Source of the DNA: Felis catus
Lineage: Eukaryota
Reading direction: 5' to 3'
NCBI RefSeq assembly: GCF_018350175.1
Contig: NC_058368.1
Coordinates: forward strand, 219,234,001 to 219,298,000
DNA: 64,000 nucleotides
The notes under the pieces were generated by a model. That model was not told where the DNA came from, did no database searches, and saw only the letters and a list, made by a program, of their open reading frames with translations. A program made the translations under genes and the position numbers. Numbering within the stretch: position 1 is the first letter of the stretch; each line of letters opens with the position of its first letter. Positions 36,546-50,151 of this stretch are shown piece by piece.

Positions 36546-38708
36546 AGAAGTATGCAAACTTAGAGTTAGGTTTGTCATTAATACTGCTTTTAAAGGAAAA
36601 AAAGTGATACAATTATTTTATTATGTGCTTCAATTCCTATTTACAGTTCCTAGAAGTGAATTAATTTTGGCATTAAGTATTAATGTAAACCTTATAAATT
36701 TGAGAACTGTTCTAAAATAGTTACTCATTACCTAAATTCAAATTTCCATTTCTTATATTCTTGTCCTTTATTCTTTTTTTTTTCTTTTGCACTGAAGGGA
36801 TGCAAAGCATGAAATTAATTATTTTCAAATTAAATTTACTTCTCATTTGGCTTTCTCTAATCTTAATCCTATTGAATCAATATTTTTCTTTGCAGCCATG
36901 AGTGCTCTGACAATTTTTTGCTTATGTACATTTTTTTAAAAGTTTGAATCAGGCATATGCAGATGGAATGTTAGAACCCCATAAAATGATTTTATGTTCT
37001 GCCTAAAGAGCTCATTAACATTGACTAGTTCACAATTTATTCAATACTTTTAATTTGTTTATTCATTTGACCTTAAAGCTGTTTGTTTTCTTACGCATTT
37101 GTTTAATTCTCTGGGCCTTTATTTCTTCATTGTGCCTCTTCATTCATACATTCATCATTGATTTAGCAGCTCAAAACATTCATAAAAAGTATAGTTGTTC
37201 ACAGAACATCTAATGTTGGAGAGATTCATTATGTTGACATTTTATAGTCTTTCCAATTATACTTTCTTCACTGGTTGTCCTCAAGTATCCTATTTATCTT
37301 TGTAAGTACTTTCCTTAACTTTACAGAAGCTTTTCATCAGGAATTCATTTTCAGGCTTTATTAAAATCAGGCATGTATGATACTTCCCATTTTCAAAGTG
37401 TATAGTAATATTTTCTCTCTTATTGCTTATACCATTTAGCAAAACCAAAAAAGGGAAACGATTTTGTTTAATATCTCATTGCAAATAAGCTTCAGCACTT
37501 TAGTTTTAAAAATAACTATATTAGGATAGGTATTTCTGTAATGAATTAAACTTTTAAAATACCACACGTATATCCTTTTACTTTCACTGTTTTCTTCCTC
37601 TTTGACGTGATTAGTCCTATAAAGGTGAGTATAATATTTATGTTACATGCTAGAGCAGACATGGTGCTTGTTAAAACACCAAAGGGATTCAGTGAAGAAT
37701 ATCCTCTTCCCTGTTGGGAAAGTAGAACAAAGTACACAATTTCACATTAATAACTAAATAACTGAAACTTGCAAAGACTTACGTAACTGGGCAACTTCAT
37801 TTCATAATACACACCTCCAGGATCAGGCATTTTTATGCACCCAGGGAAAACTTTAGGTGAAAGAACAACTTTTGATGAAAAATGTTTTTTCTCAAATCAA
37901 AATCATCCCACATGCTTTCTCCTCATATCGAATGGATGGGGAGGTGTCCTGAGTATGCTCAGGTATACTCAAATGTAACAACCACTAAGTTATTCCATTT
38001 CCCCATGTTAGGAGTGAATAAATTGTTTGAGAGAGAACAGACATGTTTAGAAAATAATATTCTTCCTCATGAAAACCAGGAGTGGAGAAAAGATACTCTT
38101 CAATTATTGTTCCCCAACTTTCTATTCTCATAAACCTCTGGGCTTTGGGATTAAGCCTATGGCTTAGACACATGGTTAACCTGGTTAGGGGTGAAAATGG
38201 CTAGTAGGAGGACAGATCTGGATTAGTATTTGTGAGAACATTTCCCCTACACCGGTCCACTGCACTTTTGCATACCTTCCTGGACAATGTGAGACAACCT
38301 GGATATTTGCTCCTAAAACTCTCTGAAATATAAGAACAGTACAGTGATCAAACTAACTCCAAAGCCACTGTCTTTCCAAGGCTGTAAATTCACTTGCTGT
38401 TCTACTTCTCTTCCAAAATTATGTCCTGTTAGTTTTTTGTTTTTTGCTTTTTCATGAAAGCTCGACAGAGATTGTACAATAATGGAAATATCATGGTAGT
38501 CTAAAAACCAGATGCAAATGCTAATCTGCTGATAAAAATGTCAATAAATAGATATGGTTTATTTGAATATATATATGACTCTAATATCACATACCCTAGT
38601 GAAATTAAATTCTAAATGTTAAATGCTCTTTAGAGTTAGATCACCAAACAGAGGAAGAATCCAACATCAATTTCCCTTTCATCTATGAGTTCCCATTAAA
38701 AATGAAAC

Positions 38709-38848
38709 AAGAAAGAAAGAAGGAAAGAAAAAAAGAAAGAAAAAGAAAGAAAGAAATGGAAGGAAGGAAAGGAAGGAAGGATGGAAGGAAGGAAGGAAGG
38801 AAGGAAGGAAGGAAGGAAGGAAGGAAGGAAGGAAGGAAGATAGAAAGA
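38709..38848. repeat. (GAAA)n-(GGAA)n compound purine microsatellite
   Basis: Read directly. Confidence 0.95.
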
Positions 38849-39049
38849 CAATCTATAATCTGTCTTCTTCATCTTTGCTCCATCTCAGACTTGGGAATTC
38901 TCAATGCCTATGTAGAATCTGGCCTTTTCAGTATCCATATAGAGGGGTGACTCTCATAGAGATCTGAATATTTCCTCCAGGGCTTCAGAAAGTGTTTTTA
39001 TTTCTATGTCGCTTATGTATCTCACTTTGAAAGAATCCAAAGAATTAGT

Positions 39050-40320
39050 AGGTCACAAGAGAGTATTACTACCCTGGATTTATGTCTTCCACATCTGGCA
39101 ATCCACAAGGTACATAGTACCTAATCCAAATATCATAAATACAATTTTGTTCCCAGGAACTTGCACTTAATATTTTCTAAAGCTTTAGGATAAAATCACC
39201 TGAACGTAAGGGGATCCAGGAAGAAGAAGAAAATCTTGGTTTCGGATTCACCAAATCAATAGTCAGTGGATACACACTGTTTTGAATCCACAGTCTAAGG
39301 GTTTTAAATTCAGTTGGGAGAAATTCTTAACAAAAAAATTTGTATTTATATGATACATATGTACTACCTCTGGGGTGATTCCACCTATGCTTAATCCTGT
39401 AATTTCCATTTCCCTTTAAGCCCTATTTCTAACATGACTATACTGGATTTCTTGTAAATTCTATGAAGTGACATAGCACCTCTCCTATTTTTGACCAGGC
39501 TGTTTAGTCTTGCATGGCAGTGGAATTCCTTAGGACTATGAAACCTGACTTAGGAAACCTTTCTCTGTCATTCATACCTAAGCATTCAAGAGTCACCTTC
39601 AGACCATGCACTGACTGGGCAATGGCATTTCAGCATATTCAGCCACCACCATAAAACCAAGGTCAGTTAGAGCCTTCATTTTCCTGTATTGAGGGTCCCT
39701 ATGGAGGAAGCTACTTATGGCTGGTGATCTTGATCTTCTTAGCACTAAGTTTACAGTTGAGACTTCAGCAACACATATGATCACATCACAACTTGGCTGA
39801 CTTGTGACTGAAAAGCAGTTAACATTGTTCAGCACCCAGACCCCTCTCCCAATACACATAAAGCCCTCTGCCCTTTACAATCAGGGTCTACCTCTGACAT
39901 GTATGCTTGAGAGAAGTTGTGGTTTTTTGCTAAACTGCAGGAATCTATATTTTGAAGTGGGCCACACCTACCAAAATCTCTCCAGACCCATGACTTTGCT
40001 TGCCCTTGTCTACTATGCACCAGAAATGGGTAAAGCCATGAATATGGACCCTGCAATCAAATTCCTGCCTTAAATTAGCTTGTGACTATCATCTCTGGTG
40101 CCTGCTACCATCTGTTGAGGTTGTATACTCTTTGTGACTCTGCTTATGTGTTCGCTCATGGTCCTTGCTGAAGTTTAGGCTGCAGAAGTCTCAGCTTAGG
40201 TAGCCAGCCTCTACAGAAAGAGCCCTTTGTGTGTAGACTAAGCTATCATCTGCTGTAGTCCTTCACTAAAGTCCAAGGAGCTTGTGGCTGGCTTGAAGCT
40301 TCACACACACTCCACAGATA
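39050..40320 (-). mobile_element. Possible highly decayed ERVL-class internal (gag-like) sequence
   Basis: GC-richer block with weak minus-strand resemblance to ERVL gag ('aaacagcctggtcaa', 'ctgaattt...gactgtggattcaa'); no unambiguous motif. Confidence 0.3.
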
Positions 40321-40419
40321 CTAAAAATTAAACGAAAATCCATGAAATTGTATACTTATGAGATGACTTTTGCTGTATATAATTAGAACCTTAATTTTAA
40401 AAAAAGAATGATGTAGCAA

Positions 40420-40675
40420 AACAAACAAGAAAAATCTGAAGGGACAGAGAGACCAATCGTTGCCAGGGGCTGGGAGTGGGGGAAAGGATTGATTACAAAG
40501 GGACATTAGGGGACTATTTAGGGTTAATGAAAATGTTATACTACTTGATTATATTGGCATCTCAGGATTATACACACATTTTAAGGAATTCATGGAATTC
40601 TAAATTTAAATAACAAAATTTACCATATGTAAGTTATACATCAATTAATCCAATTAAAACAACAACAACAGCAAA
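40420..40675 (+). mobile_element. L1MB/L1ME-type 3' end
   Basis: 'gttgccaggggctgggagtggggg...gaaaatgttatactacttgatt...atatgtaagttatacatcaattaa'. Confidence 0.75.
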
Positions 40676-41859
40676 ACCATTACAAGGATATTTCAACCCC
40701 AAATTTAAAAACAATATAACGCCCCCCCCCCAAAAAAAAAAACTTGCCAATGCACTAAAGTCTAGTTGTGTAATACACAACTTGGAACAACAGAAATCTG
40801 CCCCTGGGTAACTTTTGCTCTCCAGAAGCTTGCTCTTCTAGTTTGTTGATCAATTTTCCCAGCATTTGTACAAAAGGTTGGAGTAATAGAGAGGAGCAAA
40901 ATTAATAGGGCCTCTATTTCCTGCACATGGTTTTAATAATTCAAGTAATGGTGCAGAAGAGTGGCTAATGAATATTTTTATTAATATGACGACCTTTATT
41001 TACAAGAAGATCCAATTTGGAGGACATGCTTTGAATAACCCAGTAGGTAATCTTTACTCCTAACAATAAAACCCAGAAGGAGGGTTTTTTTTCCCCTAAT
41101 ATATTTGGTTTGAAACCTGGGGCGAACCTGTACTTTGACCTTTTGTTTTTCAACCATCCTCTTCTCTTCAGGCATGCGGGGAAGCAGCTAAACATCTGTT
41201 CATTTTCTTTAGCCATCAGTTGCAGTTGTCTTTCAAGAGGAGTAGTTTCTCTTGCAGACTCTTTACATTCCCCAAGCTTCTTTCTGTGAAATTTCCTTTT
41301 CTTTCTTTTCTTTTTCTTTTTTCACTGTGTTACGCTCAATAGACGTTTCTCTTGCTGCTCACTTTGAGAACCCTCGCCATTTGCTGTGTCTTTCAGCATC
41401 CCAGCCCTGCAACCTGCAAACTACTCTTGCTGTAACCTGTCCAGGAGCTGTACCCTGCTTACAGGCACTTGATGCGCTATGTCTAAGGCAGTGGTCTCAC
41501 ACCCAAAGCCATGCCTTCAGTACCCCTTCACCTCTGCACACACAGGGTTTCTGCTTTATAGGAACATAGCAGGTAGAAGTCCCAACTCAAGTGCTTCTGA
41601 ATACATTCATACAGCTGATCATGTGCATATCTACTTACCCACTTCACACATTTACACTGCTATACATTTTATCCCTGCTGCTTTTTCCTGCTGCCTGAAT
41701 ACACTGTATCAGTTAGAGTTCAACCAGAGGAGCACAACCAGGAGCAGACAGACACATATGCATTTGGGTTTGTTATTGGACTTGACCTTCACAAATGTAG
41801 GAGCTATTCAAGCTGGCAAGCGTTTTTTTTCTAAGGCTGTTTGTTTTTGCTTCTGAGGC

Positions 41860-42520
41860 TGTACCATGAAATTGATCAAGATGCCCTTAAAATGCTCCTT
41901 AGGTTGACTAAAATTTAGATAGGTTTCTTTCAGACTCTAGGCCCCTGACCTCCCTTCCTGCAACACTCCCCTACTCCAACCCCCCACCTTTCTCTGTCCT
42001 TTCTTTTTTAATCCTTTTTTTAAATAAGTTTATTTATTTATTTTGAGATAAAGAGAATATGGGAGAGACAGAGAGGGAAAGAATCCCAAGCAGGCTCTGC
42101 ACCTCAGCATAGAGTCTGATGAGGTGCTTGAACTCACGAACCGTGAGTTCGTGACCTGAGCCGAAACCAAGAGTCAGACGCTTAACCAGCTGAGCCACCC
42201 AGGCACCCCTATTTTTTTTTTCTGGAAATTTACTTTAGAAAACTTGTACTCCTAAGTTTTTTATCTGCTCTTTGAAGTGTAAATCTTTTAAAAAGGCTCT
42301 TGTCAAGTTTATAACCCGGCACACATTTTTTTCAAGGATCTGAGAATTATGTCTTTCAAATGTAATCATCCAGGAAAAGAGGGCCTGCATTTCCTAGTTT
42401 CTGAGGAAGGATAGGACCTAACCTTAACGACTTTATTCCAAGTTGTAAAACTACCTCATGTCATGAAGAAAGGAGAGAATCAACTTTTCTGTTGGGTAAA
42501 GCTAATTAGCAAACACTGAA
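41860..42520 (+). mobile_element. ERV1-class LTR (MER67/MER31-like) interrupted by a SINE
   Basis: 'ttgactaaaatttagataggtttctttcagactctaggcccctgacctccctt...atttactttagaaaacttg...aaatgtaatcatc...ctaattagcaaacac'. Confidence 0.6.
42003..42209 (-). mobile_element. Can-SINE
   Basis: Antisense SINE ending 'gagccacccaggcacccc'. Confidence 0.95.
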
Positions 42521-42529
42521 GACTTTCCA

Positions 42530-43045
42530 TCCTCTTCTCACCCCAGCTGTTGCCTTGAAGAAAGTCTGACTTGCCTGTTTAATTTTGTTCAGGGTAACTT
42601 TTGCTTTGACAAGGTCCACAGGAGAGGCTGTCAAGAAGGGTTGTTCCATGAAGCTGGAACCCACAAGCTTGAGCTTGATCGTCACAAACACAAACTCTTC
42701 TGTCTTGGTGCAATGAATGGGTGTTCTGTGGCAATAGGATCCTTTATCTTGAAGTTAGAAATGCACATGTAGCCAACAGATAGAGAAGCTGTAAGGGAAG
42801 CTTAAAAAAAGAGGAAGATTTAAGGGAAGGCAGGGAAGTTGCAGCATGAGCTGGTTGATCCCACCAATTACATGAGCGAACTTATCAGCGGCAGTTTACC
42901 TGGGCTACAAATGGCTTCCGCTTCACTTCCAGCCTCCAGATCTCACTCAAGAAACTGCCTTGTGGTTGTGGCCAACCTGAAACATGCAGGGAGAGGAATT
43001 ATGGGAAATACAGCTTTCCAGTTGATGCATTGCAAAGCTATGCAA
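42530..43045 (-). mobile_element. ERVL-class LTR (LTR41-like)
   Basis: Reverse complement 'gctgtatttcccataattcctctccctgcatgtttcaggttggcc...gagatctggaggctggaagtgaagcggaagccatt' resembles the LTR41 5' part; left boundary uncertain. Confidence 0.5.
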
Positions 43046-43694
43046 AGCTAATCTTTATTTTGCTATCAGGAATAAAACATATGTGTCAAGTTTACGTGAA
43101 ATCTGCTTGATTCATGTATATCTAGTATATCGAAATGTGCTTTGACATGTGGAGACACTTTGCTAAACTTGTTTTGAATGATGTAAATGAAAAAATGTAA
43201 ATAGATTAATGATTTAACATTGCAACATGATTAACATGATTAACATTGCAACAGTGCAACCTTACCAATGATTCCTTTACTCCAACTTATTTTTACCTAG
43301 ACTATTCTTTAATAATTGCCATAGATGTATATACATACTTAGAACAAAAGTTATTCAGACCAAAATCTAACATACTCCTTCTAATCTCCATCAGTATTCA
43401 ACCTGAGTCTACATAATATCAATTATGAATTTTTAACCTGCATTTTTTTTACATCAACTTCCCACTCTGAACTTTTTCAAGTTCCTTCCGTCTTAAAAGA
43501 AAATGAAATATTTAGTATTACCCTCCAGCTCATAATTATCTGGTCTCTTTCTTTAATTTTACCATGAAACTTGTTGCAATTGTGGATAATGATGTGTTTT
43601 TCATCTTTCCTTGTGATTTTTCACTTTAGGTACAATTAGGATTTCCTCTACCATTTGATTGTAATGATTCCAATTACTTTTATTACTTTTCAAA

Positions 43695-44240
43695 ATAGTG
43701 TGGATGCAAACAACAAAAAAACCTGATTGAGAGTAATAAACACAAATATAGTTTATTGACCCACAAAATTTATAGTGCCTATACAGTCAGGGCACCCACC
43801 CAAGGATGGCAAAGAGGACCAGGCTCCTATTACATTGTGTACCTCCACCTTTTTTTTTTTTAAGTTTTTAATGTTTATTTATTTTTGAGAGAGACAGAGA
43901 GACAGAGGGTGAGCAGGGAAGGGGCAGAGAGAGAGGGAGACAGAATTGGAAGCAGGCTCCAGGCTATGAGCTGTCATAGCAGCAGGTCTCGATGCAGGGC
44001 TCGAACCCACGAACTGTGAGATCATGACCTGAGCCGAAATGGGATGCTTAACTGCCTGAGCCACCCAAGCACCCCTACCTCCATCTTTGAAAGGTGGTTT
44101 TGTCCTCAAATTTGAAGTATGCTAGTACACCATCAAAATCCTATTTATGTCTAGGAATGCAAGACGAGACAACAGTCAAAAGAAACCACAGGTCAATTTC
44201 TCTAAACAACTTTCCTGAAAGTTTAATTATGTCACTTATT
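43695..44240 (-). mobile_element. Old MLT1-type LTR interrupted by a SINE
   Basis: 'gatgcaaacaacaaaaaaacc...tttattgacccaca...aggaccaggctcct...ggttttgtcctca'. Confidence 0.45.
43852..44075 (-). mobile_element. Can-SINE (SINEC_Fc type)
   Basis: Full antisense SINE; TSD tacctccacctt / tacctccatctt. Confidence 0.96.
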
Positions 44241-44759
44241 TTCTTTCTATATATGCTTTGAAACTATATTAGGTGTCTATGTTCTTGTTGGAATTTGTTC
44301 TTTTATAATTATATTATTTGGAAACCATCTTTAAACCAACAAATGATATTTTCAGGAACGTCTATTTTCTCTGACATGAATAATGTTACATAACTTTCTT
44401 CAGCTTAGCATTTGGCTAAGATATTTTTCATTGCTTTTAATGTCAACCATTACTTTAGTTGAACTTTTTTTAAATTAGCAATATATAGTTGGATTTATAA
44501 AATTAAATGTGATATTTTACTGTCTTTAATGAGTTCATTTTACTCTTGATAGCTTGGTTTATTATGGGATTCCAGGCAGATAATATTTCACTGTCGTACA
44601 GATATTATTCCATTACTACTAATATCATTTGTTTATGATGATGTCTCTGCTGTCAGTGTAGTATTCATACGTTTTTAAGTTGTCTATCATGTGCCTCTGG
44701 CATTTCTCAAATTTCTTATATCTCTGACATCCTGCAGTCTGACTTTAAATTTTCTAAGT

Positions 44760-45246
44760 GTGCAGTGTGGTAAGGTGTCCCTGTCAACCTAGCCAAACAT
44801 GCAGCAGACCACTGTGTGGTTGTGGATGTGTCAGCTCGTACCTTTGTGGCCTGGGTGGCACCCAGGCCTCTGTGGCTCTGCCTTCTATAGGATCTCTCTG
44901 TTGGCTTGGGAAAAATATGAATGTGCACTTTCACGGAAAAGGCTGCTAGCCACTCCTATAATTCATCCACATAATGATGGTCGGAGGTCGTGTGAGTCAG
45001 ATATGGAATCCAGTTTATCCTCATAAGCTGTAGTTTGTCTGGTTGTTTTCTTGTTCTTTCACAATTATCTGTTTCCTGACCCCTGCTTGGCTGGCTCATA
45101 ACATTGGGCCCATACCATACACAGAAGCAGAGATAGTACAGGGCTCTTAACTGACTCCTCCATTATGTATATTCTAACAACGACAATAAACTTCTTACTG
45201 TACATCACTGATAGTGTTTCTCCTTGTCTGAATGAACCATGATAGA
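44760..45246 (+). mobile_element. ERVL-class LTR (MLT2F-like)
   Basis: 3' end 'aataaacttcttactgtacatcactgatagtgtttctccttgtctgaatgaaccatgata' resembles the ERVL LTR terminus. Confidence 0.5.
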
Positions 45247-45880
45247 TTTCTTGTTTCTAATTCATTCATTCATTCATTCATGTTGCTTGGAACTTGATGT
45301 ACTTTTAAATTGTTGTGTCAACTATTGATTCAGTTCTGGAATATTTTTCAGTCATTATTTTCTAAATATATTCCCAAATATTCCACCTATTTACAGATTC
45401 TTCTCAAAGTCCTGTGGTATAAACTCTCCATGTCTTTTCCATGCCTGTTAATAATTTCCTGTATATTTTTATTCCTATTGCTTTGTATAGTATTATGATA
45501 TAATTTGTTGCAATTATCAATGAATTTATTTCTCTACTATTCTCAAATTAGATGTTATCTCATATATTGAACTCCTTTTTCTATGTATTTATCATTTCAT
45601 ATTGCCTAAGTGGGTGGTTCTTTCTTTTTCTTTTTTTAAATCTGTTCTCATCTCATTTGCTCTTTTTAGCTCATAATCCTTAATTATTTCAATATTTACA
45701 GTGTATCTTTTAAGAGATTGAAGATATCCAACAGACTTATTTTAAAATAATTTAGACTGCTATATATTTTACATTTCATTAAAAAATAATCTTGTTTTGT
45801 CAGTGCTTTGAGCATGTATTGTTTTTAATTGTGTGAAATTTTTTGATTCTCTTTCATCTTTACTTGAAATTAAATTTCTT

Positions 45881-46086
45881 AATTTTTTAACGTTTATTTA
45901 TTTTTAAGAGAGAGACAGAGCACAAGTGGGGGAGGGGCAGAGAGAGAGGGAGACACAGAATTGGAAGCAGGCTCCAGGATCCAAGCTGTCAGCACAGAAC
46001 CCAATGTGCGGCTTGAACCCACGAACTAGGAGATCAGGACCTGAGCTGAATTTGAACCCTTAACTGACTGAGCCACCTGTGACCCC
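45881..46086 (-). mobile_element. Can-SINE (SINEC_Fc type)
   Basis: Antisense SINE; TSD core ttaaatttctt on both sides. Confidence 0.95.
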
Positions 46087-47619
46087 AAAGTTAAATTTCT
46101 TTATATTTTTCTCTCTGTCTTTGAGTTCAGTCTGCTTGTCCAGTGGTTTACTCTATCCCAGACTACCTAGTCAGAAGATAATCTTATATTTGTGGCACTG
46201 TCTTCTTATCTCAGCAAATTATGGAGATATTTCATATTTAATCCTTAGACACTGAATAAGATGGTAGCTCAGAACATTCTTTGCAATGAGTTGAAGCCTA
46301 TTTCCTCTCAGCTACCTGGGTGCAAATCTTTATTATATCCATAGTGTAGGCATTAGTCAAGGGATATTCCTTTTGAGCTGCATTCTGTGGTCTAGGGGGC
46401 ACCATACTGTTCCTCGAATTCAAACCATGAACCTGGTTCCAGTTGATTAACTCACATACAGTAGTCTCTCTATTAACCTGAAGGAGCTAAATATTTGACT
46501 ACCTTCATATGGACAGCCTTTCTTAAGGTTATATTTTGTTATTATTCCATAGTATATTAATTTTAGATTTTAATTTAGATAAGTCTATTTAAATGTCTCA
46601 GTTAATGTAATTTATTACTGGTACATTTTTGGTGTTAAACTGAATGAGATTAAATCATGAAGGTACTTTTCCATCATAAGTAGGTTAAAAGCCTCACATG
46701 TATTTTTCACCAGAATTGGAAAAATTTTCCTGGAAAAAGCCAGATTTTAAACCTTTAGGTTTTGAAGGTCACATACAGTCTCTGTCATGTATTCTTTCTT
46801 CCTCCAAAAGAGTTTTAAAATGCAAAAACAATTCTTATCTTATGGGATATAAGATATATACAAAAAAGAAGACAATATTAAGCTATTACATGGATAAATT
46901 TAGGACTGTTGGCACTGAGATGGTGTGTTGACATAGCAAACGAGTATATATAGTATAATTTTGAACTGAAAAGACTAAGGTTATGTTATGCTTAATCTTT
47001 GGTTTTCTTCATTGATATGCCCTCATTTGCTTTTTTGCTTACTGATAATTTATATACAAATCAATACTTAATTTTTTACAGGAAATATTAGACACAAACT
47101 AGGCATGTAATGTGCAATCCTTAGTGTATATGGAGATGTGAGAGTTGAATACGGCAACTATTGTATATAAAATAAATGACCAAGAGTTGAACAAATTCAT
47201 GCTGTGAAGAAGTGAGTTTGAGGAGAAGCTTCTAGAAATCATAAGCATTCATCAGTTATGTCAAAGTACTTCTAAGGAAAATAGTGTCTGGGTTAGGGTA
47301 TATGCTAGAGTAAGAAACCTTAGTATAAGTATTTAAGACTTTTTTTTATTTCTCTCAAGAAATGACAGCAAAATCAACATCATAAGCAACTCTCTGAGTA
47401 GAATAGTATTGGTGAATGAAGACAATAAGCTATATGATATGTAATTTGTAAACTACAAAGACACAAATAAAACCTTTTTGCTGACTTTATTTCTCAGAGT
47501 ATGCAGTGTTCAAAAGACTGGAATGGGAAGGTGACAGGAATTTATTTCAGTCAAAATATTGAACTTCTATTAAAGCAAAAGTAATTTTAATTATTTTAGT
47601 GAACATTATGTTTTGTACC

Positions 47620-48130
47620 TCCTAGAGAGTTAAATAAGAAAAGTAAGAAACTCCATTAGAAAAGTTGGAAATATTATAAACACTTAATTTATAAGGGTAC
47701 ACACACAAATATTCTAAAAACATTAGAAAAAATACATTTAGTCATGGTATTATTTTGAATTTTTAAATTTCCAAATATTTCACGTAAATTTTCATCAAAT
47801 TTATAATAATTACCAATGGTTGCTAATTATTAAACATGACTGTGGCCAGTTAACTGAACACTTCTAAAGGTATTGTCAGAAATCTAATTCAATGCATCTT
47901 ATCTGGAGAGAAATTTTGGAAACTGCATCAAAATCCTTTAAACAGACCCCAATTTTTTTTAAAAGTATAATTCCACTTCTAGGAATCTGTTCTTTGATTG
48001 TAATTAGCAGTACAATATGAGAACAATAATATGTATAAGGAATAGTCATTACAAAGTTACATATAATAGAAAATAAAAGCAAATCTGTACTAAGTTTTAG
48101 TGTAATTTATTAATCCTATCTATTAAATAG
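47620..48130 (+). mobile_element. Very old L1 ORF2 3' fragments
   Basis: 'tggagagaaattttggaaactgcatcaaaatcc...ataattccacttctaggaatct'. Confidence 0.5.
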
Positions 48131-48441
48131 ACCTTACTTTTCAGAAATAACATGTTTAGTCATCTTTTAAAGCAATAAGTGCAGTAATCTATCCTGAAGA
48201 AATATCAATGGGTAGAGAAAGTTACGGATTATGTGTCAGTGTTTGTCTATAAACTATTCTGTTTTTAGGTGTATGTCACAAAACTTTATAGAATTGCTTT
48301 TTTTGGAATGAGCACTGTTGTATTTAACTGCTTTCTTTTATATTAGTGCATGCTACTAAAAGTCAGCCATAGGCATGAATATATTTATTACTGAACATCA
48401 GACATGGATATGGATATACTTATTTAAAAATGAAAAATGGA

Positions 48442-48655
48442 GGGGTACCTGGATGGCTCAGTTAGTTAAGCATCCGACTTAGGCTCAGGTTAGGATCTCA
48501 TGGTTCATGAGTTTGAGCCCTGCGTCAGGCTCTGTGCTGACAGCTCAAAGCCTGGAGCATGCTTTGGATTTTGTGTCTCCCTCTCTCTCTCTGCCCCTTC
48601 CCTGCTTGCATTCTGTCTCTCTCTCAAAAATAAATAAACATTAAATTTTTTTAAA
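48442..48655 (+). mobile_element. Can-SINE (SINEC_Fc type)
   Basis: Full SINE; TSD aaaaatgga. Confidence 0.96.
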
Positions 48656-49284
48656 TTAAAAATGGAACTATCATGCAGATGATAGCCCCAAAATACACTT
48701 TAGAAAACACAGATAATTGATGTTAATAATACTTTCAAATCAGCCCTTATACATGTGTCTATTTATCATTTTACCATTTTTTATTAAAAGTAATTATTTT
48801 TAGTTATGTAAAGAAAGTATGAGTTTTTTGGTCAAGATTATTTTCTCTCTAATAACTTGTGGTACTATTTTTTACTTCATAAATAGTTTCAGTTAATGTA
48901 GCATCTGTATGTACTCATACTATTGCATATATTAAAAATAATTAATTTCCAGATAATGTACTTAATGCTTCACATAACTTTGGATAGATGAATACAATGA
49001 ATATCCTCAAATACTAATTTCTTTTTAAGTTGTAACACCATAAATGCTACTTTTTGACGTCTTGCTATGTACATTTATTATTTACCTTTATATAATCCAC
49101 ATTGTGAACACCACAAATGAAATAAAACATTATTTATTCTTGATGAGGCTACAATAAAAAGACAGAAAACAGTGATAAACAAATATATACATATATAGCA
49201 AACATCCATTAACTAAGTGATAGGTAGTGGACAGTGCATAAAAGATCAGTAAAAAGGTAAATTATGCATTTGTTCTAATATTCT

Positions 49285-49780
49285 TTCTTTCAAGTATGTA
49301 TTCAGTAATATTGTTTTACTCATATTGAAGGCACATTTGATAATAGGAAAATAGAGATGGCAGAATTTGCTTCTATAAGATATAAGATATAATAAAAACA
49401 ATAAAGCTGGTAAACATATAAATGTAATACTTTTGAAAGATGAATTATGTATATTAGATCTGTAGAAATGGTTTAATAAAATTCAAGATGCCAGAAAATT
49501 TGTTGTGTGTGTGTGTGTGATGAGGATAGGCGGGTTGGAGAAGTTGCCATCTAAATTGATTTTTCAATGATGTATAGAATTTGAGCATGTAAGATTAGGA
49601 TAAAGAACATTTCAGATAATGGTATAAATGTTTTTGTAGGACAGATATAAATGCAGTATGAACAGAAAATGCTTGAAGACTAGTGTGTAAGAGAATTAGT
49701 GTGGACCATAAAGGCAAAGAATACAAGGCTGAATCATTAATTTATTTAAAAGGCAGTAGGGAAATGTGTAGGTTACTGTG
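49285..49780 (-). mobile_element. Possible L2 fragment
   Basis: Purine-rich decayed sequence with L2-like antisense landmarks ('aaagaacatttcagataatggtataaatg'). Confidence 0.4.
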
Positions 49781-49907
49781 CAAAGGAATACCAGTGTCAG
49801 TGTTGGGCACTAGGGGTATGAATCTGTCAAACAGATTTGGTTTTGGTAACCAGTTACCAATACATTTATAGTTAAGACAAACCAAATTTAAAAAAATGAG
49901 AACTTCT

Positions 49908-50085
49908 GGGGTGCTTGGGTGGCTCAGTCAGTTAAGTGTTTGACTCTTGATTTAGGCTCAGGTCACGATTGCATGGTTCGTGGGTTCCAGCCCCGTGTCT
50001 CTGGCTCTGTGCTAAGAGCATGGAGCCTCCTTGGGATTCTCTCTCTCTGTCTTTCTGTGTCCCTCCCCGGCTCATTTCCCCTCCC

Positions 50086-50138
<53 letters not shown>

Positions 50139-50151
50139 ATAAATAAACATT
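49908..50151 (+). mobile_element. Can-SINE with expanded (CT)n
   Basis: Full SINE; exact TSD aaaaaaatgagaacttct. Confidence 0.97.

Noticed and set aside
38702..38950. Lys/Glu/Arg-rich ORF (and similar ERERER or HTHTHT ORFs at 49932 and 62052)
   Set aside because: Translations of microsatellites
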